DNA of 64,000 nt. It comes from Phaeosaccion multiseriatum. Lineage: Eukaryota; Protista; Ochrophyta, other classes. Positions 24,658 to 34,120 of this stretch are shown here, in pieces. The stretch lies in NCBI GenBank assembly GCA_965112735.1, contig OZ218964.1:310001-374000 (forward strand). The letters are read 5' to 3'. A program made the translations under genes and the position numbers. Numbering within the stretch: the stretch's first letter is position 1; every line of letters starts with the position of its first letter. The notes beneath the pieces are model-generated. The model saw only the letters and a list, made by a program, of their open reading frames with translations, did no database searches and was not told where the DNA came from.

Positions 24658-26394
24658 ATGGACGGGAGAAGGAGACGAGCATCTGAAAACATTGCCTCTT
24701 CGCGTGCTTCAAAGAAGCACTCAGGAGACCCCGATACCGAGGCAGCAGACTGGGATGGAGTGAAGGTGCTGACCCTCATTGTTGCAAACGTGGGCTCCTT
24801 CAGGAGTCTGTGGGGCTTGTCCAGAGTGGTGGATGCAGTCGTGGGCAGGCGAGTTGTTCTACACTGCGAAGTGCCTAACACAGTCCAGCAGAGAATGCTG
24901 AAGATGCTCGAGCACCAGCAGCGGCTTGAGCTTGAGCCATCTGGGGAAGGAGGAGCATCCTCTGCTGGTGAGGATGGACAAAGACCACGCGTCCAGGAGG
25001 AGCAGCAGCGGGCCCAGCAGTGTGGAGAGGGAGGAGGGGACATTTCCAACGAAAGGCATTTTCCGGTCAGCGCTGTCACGCTGGGCCGTGCACGGTGGGT
25101 TTCATCTGGTGCTACTCGGGCGGCGGACATTGCCCTTGTCCAGGAAGGGCTGAGAGTGCTCCCTCCCTCGGTGAAGCACGTTCGCTTGGGAGATGATTTC
25201 AACTGTCGTGGCCTGCGTCTTCCTGACTGGCTGCAGAGTGTACATTTTGGGAGAGAGTTTTCCGAAGAGGTCAAACTTCCGCACGCCTTGAGAGAGTTGA
25301 GCTTCCATCCTGAGTCCATGTACAATCGTCCTTTGGACCTCCCCCTATCGCTGCGGAAGATCACGCTTGGGAGATGGTTTAACCGTGACATGACTCTTCC
25401 TAGCTCTCTTCGGACCCTGCAGCTGGGGTGGAAGTATAACCGGCCCCTATCGGATCTGCCGGACGGGCTGAAGGAGCTGAGATTTCCCTGCGACTCGTCG
25501 TGGTTTAATCATCCGTTAACCCTGCCTGCCACTCTTCGGACTCTGGAGCTGGGACATAGGTATGACCGGCCGCTATCGGAGCTGCCGGACGGGCTGAAGG
25601 AGCTGAAGTTTGCCTGGAATTCCGCGTTCAATCATCCATTGGCCCTGCCTGCCTCTCTTCGGACTCTGCAGCTGGGACGGTACTACACGCTGCCCCTATC
25701 GGATCTGCCGGACGGGCTGAAGGAGCTGATATTTTCCGATGAGTCGGAGTTCAATCATCCGTTAACCCTGCCTGCCTCTCTTCGGACTCTGGAGCTGGGA
25801 AAGGAGTATCCCCAGCCCCTATCGGATCTGCCGGACGGGTTGAAGGAGCTGAGATTTCCCTGCGACTCGTGGTTTAATCATCCGTTAACCCTGCCTGCCA
25901 CTCTTCGGACTCTGGAGCTGGGACTTAGGTATGACCGGCCGCTATCGGATCTGCCGGACGGGCTGGAGGAGCTGAAATTTCCCAGGGACTCAAAGTTCAA
26001 TCATCCGTTGATCCTGCCTGCCACTCTTTGGACTCTGCAGCTGGGGTTGAAGTACACGCAGCCGCTACCAGACCTGCCGGACGGGCTGAAGGAGCTGAAA
26101 TTTGCCGAGGAGTCGGAGTTTAATCATCCGTTAACCCTGCCTGCCACTATTCGGACTCTGGAGCTGGGAAAGGAGTATACCCAGCCCCTGTCGGATCTGC
26201 CGGACGGGATGAAGGAGCTGAAATTTCTCAAGTGTTCGAAGTTTAATCATCCATTGGCCCTGCCTGCCTCTCTTCGGACTCTGGAGCTGGGAGCGGAGTA
26301 CACGCAGCCGCTACCGAATCTGCCTGTAGGGCTGGAGCGACTCGTGGTTCCAGAGGGTTACGAGCTCCCTGACGAGCTGCCCGAGGGCCTTTAA
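24658..26394 (+). CDS. Intronless FNIP/LRR-type repeat protein with possible N-terminal F-box-like segment
   Basis: 578-aa uninterrupted ORF with repeated FNHPL..LPASLRTLELG..Y..PL..LPDGLKEL.F units (FNIP consensus). N-terminal VLTLIVANVGSFRSLWGLSRVV is weakly F-box-like. Confidence 0.85.
   Translation: MDGRRRRASENIASSRASKKHSGDPDTEAADWDGVKVLTLIVANVGSFRSLWGLSRVVDAVVGRRVVLHCEVPNTVQQRMLKMLEHQQRLELEPSGEGGASSAGEDGQRPRVQEEQQRAQQCGEGGGDISNERHFPVSAVTLGRARWVSSGATRAADIALVQEGLRVLPPSVKHVRLGDDFNCRGLRLPDWLQSVHFGREFSEEVKLPHALRELSFHPESMYNRPLDLPLSLRKITLGRWFNRDMTLPSSLRTLQLGWKYNRPLSDLPDGLKELRFPCDSSWFNHPLTLPATLRTLELGHRYDRPLSELPDGLKELKFAWNSAFNHPLALPASLRTLQLGRYYTLPLSDLPDGLKELIFSDESEFNHPLTLPASLRTLELGKEYPQPLSDLPDGLKELRFPCDSWFNHPLTLPATLRTLELGLRYDRPLSDLPDGLEELKFPRDSKFNHPLILPATLWTLQLGLKYTQPLPDLPDGLKELKFAEESEFNHPLTLPATIRTLELGKEYTQPLSDLPDGMKELKFLKCSKFNHPLALPASLRTLELGAEYTQPLPNLPVGLERLVVPEGYELPDELPEGL
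25456..26319 (+). repeat. Seven coding tandem repeats of 123 bp (41 aa) inside the FNIP gene
   Basis: CTGCCGGACGGG units start at 25456, 25582, 25705, 25828, 25951, 26074 and 26197; the first unit is 126 bp. Confidence 0.93.
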
Positions 26395-26481
26395 GTGGAG
26401 GTCTTCGAACTTGATGAGAGTGAGGATGACGATGATGATGATGATGATGATGATGATGAGGATGGTGACGACGACGACGAC

Positions 26482-26537
<56 letters not shown>

Positions 26538-26538
26538 C

Positions 26539-26576
<38 letters not shown>

Positions 26577-26616
26577 CGATGATGATGATGATGAGGACGA
26601 GGAGGCGCATTCTTAA
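26395..26616 (+). other. In-frame poly-Asp extension immediately after the FNIP stop codon
   Basis: TAA (26392-26394) is followed in frame by GTG GAG GTC TTC GAA CTT GAT GAG.. (VEVFELDESE), a (GAT/GAC)n run and a second TAA. Confidence 0.6.
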
Positions 26617-26757
26617 GGCGACGCGGACACACTGATGATGATGAAGGAGGAGAACGGCGGGAAGGAGGGGGAGGAGTATACGGCCGAAGTGGATACCGTG
26701 ACGACTACATGACGGACGAGTTGAGGAGATGAGATGTATGCAGGTTGATTGCGGTGA

Positions 26758-27528
26758 CTGCAAGGACCGGCTGGTCAGACTTGGACCGGGGCTTTTGGCG
26801 AGATTGTCGCAAGCATGCACCTGTCCGATCTGGAGAGCACTGCCCTGCAGCTGAGTGTGCAGAGGTCGGACCCGTCCATAGCCGCCGCTCTTGAGGTGTT
26901 CCGTCTGGAGAAGGACGAGACCGACTTCAAGGACACTCTCCGGCGGCTGGCCAGGGTGACGCTGGAGCAGCTGCAGGCCCCCTCCTCCTCTTCCTCCTCC
27001 TCTTCCTCCTCCTCCTCCTCCTCGTCGTCCTCCTCCTCCTCTTCCTCCTTGCGGGGAGTGCCGCTTTCAGGAGGAGGAGGAGGAGCGGCATCAGCAGGCT
27101 ACGAAGAGGAGGGCGAGGAGGAGGAGGGAGGGGAGGAGGGAGGCAGAGCACGAGGGGTGGACATGACGTCTGCGGGCCGGGAGAGCTTGTTCCAGACGCT
27201 CGTGGCGGACTTGGTGAAGAACGCCATTGTGCCCTCTCCGGCGGCGGGGGCGGCTCTGCTGGCCATGTTCGACGCTCGCGACTCGAGGGTCATGGCTGCG
27301 CTGCACGGCTACGAGGAGAGCGCGGACATGGGAGCAGCTGGTGGTGGATCTGCACGCTGTGCTGGGGGCCGTGCAGCAGTAGCTCAGGAGGGCAGAGGAG
27401 AGATGGGGACTGTTAACCACTGGCAGGTAGTGGTAGGACAGCAGCAGCAGCAGCAGCAGGAGGAGGAAGAGGAGGAGGAGGAGGACAAGGCGAGAGAGAG
27501 GGAAAGCCCCCACGCCATTGTTGTATAG
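26758..27528 (+). pseudogene. Orphan gene fragment with two helical repeats (D..I/V.AAL..F/Y....D..D)
   Basis: Protein-like segments MHLSDLESTALQLSVQRSDPSIAAALEVFRLEKDETDFKDTLRRLAR and LLAMFDARDSRVMAALHGYEESADMG. There is an in-frame TGA upstream at about 26755, and the second repeat breaks off into low-complexity sequence. Confidence 0.45.
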
Positions 27529-27823
27529 CAGGAAGGGTTTTATTTTGAAATTTCCAATTAAAAACCATTGTGTGTTTAGCAGAAAAAGTATACCCTTCTC
27601 TTCAGCTACGACTGCTTGCTGTGCCCCGCATGCCCCACCCAGGAAGGAAGCCCTCGGCCTCTATCCATCGGGATTACACTCTCCCCGCTTCAAACGAACT
27701 GACTTTCCCTCCCTACCCTTTACACTTCATCCATTGATCCCGTGAGCTATACACGTGACGCCCCTCCCCCACCGGACCCCCCAACTCCTGTGCTCCGCTC
27801 CTCTCTGCGACAGAGGATCGCAA

Positions 27824-28360
27824 TCACTTCACCGCTCCTACACCAAGCCCAGTGTGCCGTGGGCAGTCTCTCTCTCCCGATGGGGGGACAGCTAGGCTCA
27901 GCCACTCGCATGGGCTGGCTGCATGACTGGTGCAAGCCAAGCGAGCAAGCTGGAGGCTGGAGCGGTACTCTTTTCGTTGCCAAAGTCGTCGTTGCCCTAC
28001 CAGCCCCCACCTCGCCCAGCCCATCTCCTCCGCCATGCTCTCCCACGTCTCGCTCCCCACACTCCAGGCCCTCTCCAGCCAGCGGGCAGCCAGGATTCCG
28101 CTCTCCTTGCCGAAGGTCGGATCCGTCCTTCGCATGAGGTCCAGCGCGGTTTGGGACCGGAAGAAGGCTGCTGCCGCCTCTCCAAGCCGCTGCTTAATCT
28201 CGGGCTCGTTACTGTACCGCCCTGCCGTGCCCCAGCGAAGGCCTTGTCCACCGAAGCACCGGCCGAGAGGAGCTGCCGCGCAGTCCCGTGCTGGTCTGCG
28301 TGGATGGCAGTAAGGAGAGGGGTGGTACCGTGTGATGACGTGATATCGATGGGGGGATCC
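27824..28360 (-). pseudogene. Ankyrin-repeat-containing fragment with apparent frameshift
   Basis: After the acceptor CTGCAG at about 28361: IDITSSHGTTPLLTAIHADQHGTARQLLSAGASVDKA (ankyrin consensus). A protein-like continuation RYSNEPEIKQRLGEAAAAFFRSQ lies in another frame, with the shift at about 28225-28240. No clear upstream exon. Confidence 0.5.
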
Positions 28361-28443
28361 TGCAGAGATGAGACGAGCGACGACGGGCGTGGCTGCGTGG
28401 CTGGCTGTGTTGTCGCCGGGCACTCCCACATTCACATGACATA

Positions 28444-28717
28444 ATGCCTAGGGCTCTGGGCAGGAGGAAGTCGAGAGGACTATGGGGATGGCTAAAGATG
28501 CCTAGGGCTCTGGGCAGGAGGAAGTCGAGAGGACTATGGTATATATGTGTATAAGTATAATGCCTAGGGCAATGGGCAGGAGGAAGTCGAGAGGACTATG
28601 GTATGTATGTGTATATATATAATGCCTAGGGCTCTGGGCAGGATGAAGTCGAGAGGACTATGGCGTATGTATATAATGCCTAGGGCTCTGGGCAGGAGGA
28701 AATCGAGAGGACTATGG
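28444..28717. repeat. Five 42-bp direct repeats with 12-20 nt variable spacers (minisatellite)
   Basis: Core ATGCCTAGGGCTCTGGGCAGGAGGAAGTCGAGAGGACTATGG at 28444, 28498, 28560, 28622 and 28676; spacers 12, 20, 20 and 12 nt. Confidence 0.92.
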
Positions 28718-28928
28718 GGATGAGAGACCGTCCCACACGCCGTTGATGTCGATGGTGGTAGCGTGACAGGAAAAAAGAAAAGAAAAAGAGCATGCCGGTG
28801 TCCATGTCTTCTCTTTGTAGGTGCAAAGCAACGCTCGTGCTTTCTCTCTATACATCACACACCATCCTCGATTGGCCTCGGCATGTGCCCCCCCTTCCCC
28901 CCCTCGCTGCTAACCCTCTGCCGCTCTA

Positions 28929-30159
28929 TCATGTGTCCTCTACGCAAAGCCCGCGTATCCTCTCCAGCTTGTCCTGCACCCCGAACACAAGCGCACCGCC
29001 TCCGCCTCCCCTCGCACTGCGCGCCTCGCTCTCCAGCAGCTGCAGAAGCTTCTCCAACAGGACCACCGCCTCCTTTGGCCGGCCCTGCTCCACCATGAAG
29101 TCCGCCAGTCTACTCCACGCCGCGCTATTGCCCTGCTGCGCATCCACGGCGGCTTGAGCAGCTGCTTCCGCCGCCTGCAGCAGCTCTGTCATGGGTACAA
29201 GAGGACAAGTAGGCAGATGGAGCGCACTAAGGAAGCCGCAATACGCATGCAGGGCAGCGGGGTCTAACGCTGACAAGGTGGGTGTCTGACGGTGACCCTA
29301 TTGAGCACTCAGGTCCGTTCCTCCCCTCATGTACCTGCTCTCTCGCTGGGCGCTGACGTCATCTTGGACTGTCGGTACACGGCCTCTGCGTTGGCCAGCA
29401 TGAGGGACGACAGGGCCCATGGCCGATCTGAGCGTTTCACCGAACAGAACAAAGGCGACGACAAAGAAGAGTTCAGTACTGTAGTGCACCAGTGGTACAC
29501 CGCTTATCTTCCCTCACCGTCACGCCCGCTCCAGCCGCGCCCAAGATCGCCTCACAGCTCTCTCAAGTCAACAGCCCACCTACCTTGGAAGGCATCCATG
29601 GCAGCAGCCTCTCGATACATCCCTATTGCCATCTCAAGCTTGCCAATGCCCAGGGCCTGGTCTCCGTACATCTTCTTCTTCCAGGCCTTGACGACCAAGG
29701 GCGAGCACCCCTCTCCGTACTCAGCTTGGAAGATTGAGGAGGCGGTGGAAGGCTTGTAGACTCCCAGGTACTGCCCTCCAGAGGGAAGGGTACAGACATT
29801 CGGCCCTTTTCCGCACTGACCGTGGCAGCCTGACAGCAGTAGGATGAGAGGGAGGGGGGGGAGGAGGGGGATGAAGAGGATGAGAGGGAAGGGGGAGGAG
29901 CAGGAGGAGGAGGAGGATGGTGCGCCGATTGATAATTAATCAAGCAACACGGCTTAGCCGTGCACCAGCTCAGCGCGTACGTACCAGAGGGCTCCACCGA
30001 AACACCCGCCGGTGCGAGAGCTTTGAGCATATCAATTGTGGAAGGCGCATTCGCCTTCTTGCACCCATAGTTGGTGCATACCTTCACCAACCCCCCTGCA
30101 TCAAGCGCTGCACTAAATGTGAGAGCAATGCCTGGCACCAGCAGCAGGAAGGTTTTCAT
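28929..30159 (-). CDS. Signal-peptide protein with thioredoxin-like [2Fe-2S] ferredoxin domain and TPR-like helices
   Basis: Four exons joined by phase-1 introns: MKTFLLLVPGIALTFSAA, VKVCTNYGCKK, SGCHGQCGKGPNV (C-x4-C...C-x-G-x-C-x2-GP), GDQALGIGKLEMAIGMYREA and AWSRLADFMVEQGRPKEAVVLLEKLL. Confidence 0.75.
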
Positions 30160-30371
30160 CTAGACGGGCGAACGGAGACGGAGAAAGGTGGGCTGAAGGG
30201 GGGCGATTCTCCGCTTCTCTCCCTATCTCTCTTCCTCCGTCTCTCCGTCCTTTTCGTATCCCGATCTCTCTCCTCTCTGCCCCTCGCTCTCTCCCCCCCG
30301 GTTCTTCACAAACCCGCCCCCTCCCTCGCCCTGTTCTTCACAATCACGCTCTTTTCCTCTCTCTCACTTTC

Positions 30372-30408
<37 letters not shown>

Positions 30409-30702
30409 TATCGTTTTTTGATCGTCTCCGCGGATTTGTGGTCGTCAAGCTCGTGTGTTGGTGCTCCAGAGTCACAGTTGGCGTGGCGAACTTGAACTTG
30501 AACTTTTCTTTTTTCTTTGGTCAGGGAATCGAGAGTAAAATGATTTGCAGATTAGCTTCCAGTCTAGGGCGTATTCTGCTCTCCAAGGAGAGCGAGTAGA
30601 GCTGTGCCACACACTTTCGCCGTGAGTGTGTGTGTGTATGTGTGTCTATTTGCGTGTGTGTGTGCTTGTATGTTTGTAGTAGCCTGCACGGAGTGCACCT
30701 GC

Positions 30703-33700
30703 CTACACCCATGTTTGAAGAACATGAGGCATGTGCCCCCTCTTGGGGTGCACCCTTGCCGCGACAAGTTCAGTCCTGTAAACCGAGCGGGCCTTCCAGC
30801 TGACCAACCCCACCAACACCAGAGCGCCAACCGCTGCCGCGCAGGCGATGAGCGCCACGTTCTCGTCAGTGAGAAAGCCGTGGCCCTTGTTACTCGCCGA
30901 GGCCGACGAGGCGTTTCTTTCCAGATCAGTGGGGTCCTCCTCCTCCCCGTTTGGTTGGTCACTTGTCGGCTCGTCCGGTTCCCCAGCTACAGCTACAGGT
31001 CCTGTAGTGATCCCCTCATCATCTATCGGCGCTTCCATGCTGTCAATCTCCGGTGCATTCGGAGCCTCAGCAGCAGGCGCGCTTGCCTCCACAGTTACTG
31101 GCCCTTCCGTCACGACAGCTACCGGTGCTTCCGTCTCCACAGCCACCGATGCTTCAGTCTCAGGTACTTCCGTCTCCACCTCAGCTGCAGGTGCTTCGCT
31201 CTCTTCAGCTGTCGTTGGGGCTGCTGTTGGAGTGGCCGATGGGGGCTGGCGAAAGGAAAAAAGAGGGAGATAGACGTAAGGATTAGAGAGCCGCATCAGG
31301 AGGCATCACAAAGCATCAGGAGGCATCAGGAGGCGTGAAACTGAGCAGATGAGCCATCACTCCAAGCAAGCCGACTGAGCGGCCCATGGGCATCAACCAA
31401 GCATCATCGAGACCTACCGCCGTAGGCGCCACTCTTGGAGATGCTGTGGCCACGGAGGTGGGAGTTGAGGCCGGTGGAGCGATTGGAGCCTGGTGAAGGG
31501 AGACGAGGTGACAGTAGCACAAGAAAGAGGGGAGGAGGGTGTGGAGTGAGAGGGGCAAGGAAGGCGGGGGCAGCAGGACCCATCCGCCCAAGGAGTCAAA
31601 TGTCAAGCATCATCGACACGGACCTCGGTAGGAGCTGGTGTTGGCGCCTCTGTGGGAGGTGCTGTTGGCGGAGCTGTTGTTGGCGCCTCTGTTGGAGGTG
31701 CTGTGGGTGGAGCTGTTGTTGGCGCCTCTGTGGGAGGTGCTGTTGGCGGAGCTGTTGTTGGCGCCTCTGTTGGAGCTGCTGTGGGTGGAGCTGTTGTTGG
31801 CGCCACTGTGGGAGCCTCTATTGGCGGAGCTGTTGATAGGGCCGCCGTTGGAGCTGCTGTTGGCGCTGAGACCGGACCTCCCCCCGGGCCCCCGGTCTGC
31901 GACAGGAACACGAGGCCTTCCTCCGTCTCACAGCTGTCCGTGGGCTGAGCCACACCGTAGGCCTCCGCCACGCAGGGAGGGCAGTCGGGCACGTTGCCGG
32001 GGTTAACTCCGTCGTTGGTATCGCTCCACGCACAGCGGTCAGTGTAGCACAAGCGGCAGCCGGCGTCGAGGCCGGTGTTGGTGCAGCCGGGCGCGTTGGG
32101 GTATTCAAGGCAGAGCAAGTCGTAAAAGGCGCCCAGGCCGGTGGAGCGATCAAACGGACTGACGGCGGTGGTGCAGGGTGCAGCAGCGTAGTCGCACTCC
32201 GGCTCGGTGGCCACGCACGTGTTGTCGCTGCTCGTGACGGACACCGTCTCTGGCTCTGACAGAGGCCCCAGTGTGAGGTCATCGGCGTTGAAGCCTCGCA
32301 CGCGGACCTCCATGTCGAACACCCCGTCGGGCACCACCACCACCCTGTCCGTCAAAGTAGAGGCGGGCACCACAGTGGCCCTCGCGTAGGAGGAGGTCGG
32401 CAGGTGTGCATGGCCCAAGGCGGTGGTGGTCTCGAGGTAGATGATGTAGTGGGTAGCCCCTGCCACAGCCCCCCAACTCACACGGATGCGCTCGAAGCCC
32501 TCCTCCTGTGCGCCAGTCACTGTAACGGCGTCAATGTCGGAGGTCAGGGTGGGGCCCAGTGCCTCGAAGTGCGCTCGCACGGAGGTCTGCGCGTTGATCA
32601 CGGAGCTCAGGATGCTCGCCTCTGCCCGAGTCGTAGCGCCGCCAGCGGGAGTCACACTCCAGTGGCTGAAGGCGTAGATTTGGTCGGAGTCCGCCTGTCG
32701 GGTGGCAGTGGATAGGGAGGGGGATGGCAGTGGACAGGAGGGGAGTAGATCAGCAGGGGGCGCTTTCTTTCAATGCCTTGCTCTGTCAAGTGCTGAGCAC
32801 AATGCTTCTCCCACACCACTTTCTCTTCCCCAGCCCCCCTCCCTCGCACGCGCATCAACCCACCTGGAGAAGACTGTCGGGAGAGAGCCCCAAGTTGTTG
32901 TTGGCCATGACGTCGACGGTGCAGGGCGGGTTGCTGCTGGCACACACCTCTCCGGCCTCGCCGTTGCGGAAGGAGGCGCCCATCACGGGGGTGGAGCTCA
33001 CCTCCACCTCGTACGTGCGCGCAGTGGTCTCAAACTCTCTCTCCACGAGGGTGCCCTCGACACGGATGGTGGCGGTGAGCGCCACGGAGGAGGGAAGCTC
33101 GTGCGCCAGAGGAGTGAAGCTGCCGCTGAAGCCTGTCTGGGCGCCGTTGACAATACCCTCGTGGGTGTGGCACGCCTCCGTGCCTTGGCACGTGTCGAAG
33201 GAGCAGTGGCGAGTCCTCTGGGTCCACACCACGTCCTGCGGGTCGAGCTCGGCGCCCGTCACGGTGAGCACGTACTCAATCTCGTCGCCCGCCTCCCACT
33301 GTCCCGAAGGGGGGTCCATGGTAATACTCGTCTCCACGCCCACAAGCACGCCAATGTCTGCGCAGTCCTCGCCCCCGTTCTGTGTAAAGGCGGTCACCGA
33401 GACAATGTAGAGGCCCGGCTCGTCGAAGGTGAAGCTTCTCGTGGCGCTGGCGCCCTGCACGTCGCTCACAGCATCGCCCGTGAAGTCAAAGGCGTAGCGC
33501 ACGATGGGGTCCGAGGGGGTGGAGGTGATGGAGGAGGAGGCGTCGAAGGTGATGGTGGCTCCGGCCTCCACGTTGGCAGGCACCACGCTCGACTCGATGG
33601 CAGCAACGGGGGGGAGGACTCCCACCTACACAAAGGGGTTTCGAAAGGGGGCGGGGCGGGGAAGACTCACAAAAAAACCGTGCCCTCCTCATCCCCAATC

Positions 33701-34084
33701 AGGACACAAACACACTCACACACACTCTCTCTCACACACACTGAATCACACACTTACACACCTGCGACATGGCCATGACGCCGTGGTTGCTGCCCGAGGT
33801 GACGCTAAAGTACACGAGCCCGTCCGGGGCGCTCTTGACATCGACGAATTGCTCTCCTGTGTGCAGAATATGCCTCGAGGCGAAGTCCGGGTTGCCGTTG
33901 GGCAGGCTGTCAAAGTATACGGAACAGCGCTTGGCGTAGTCTGTGAAGACGAGCTTGCCCCCCAGGAAGGAAGAGAGGGTCCCCGCCTCGGGGTAGAAGG
34001 ACAGGCCTGTGATTGCGCCCTCCCCGGTGGAGCCGTTGGGCTCGCAGGCATCTGCGGTGGTGACGAAGTAGTAGTAGTAGTAGT

Positions 34085-34120
<36 letters not shown>

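Noticed and set aside
26392-26394. Genome-wide stop-codon reassignment
   Set aside because: TAA (RNase II), TAG (PAP2, GET4) and TGA (CCT7, fibrillin-like) all terminate conserved genes at expected positions, and no internal stops occur in conserved exons.
28444-28717. CRISPR array
   Set aside because: Eukaryotic context, no cas genes, spacers too short (12-20 nt) and related to each other as TA/TG microsatellite.
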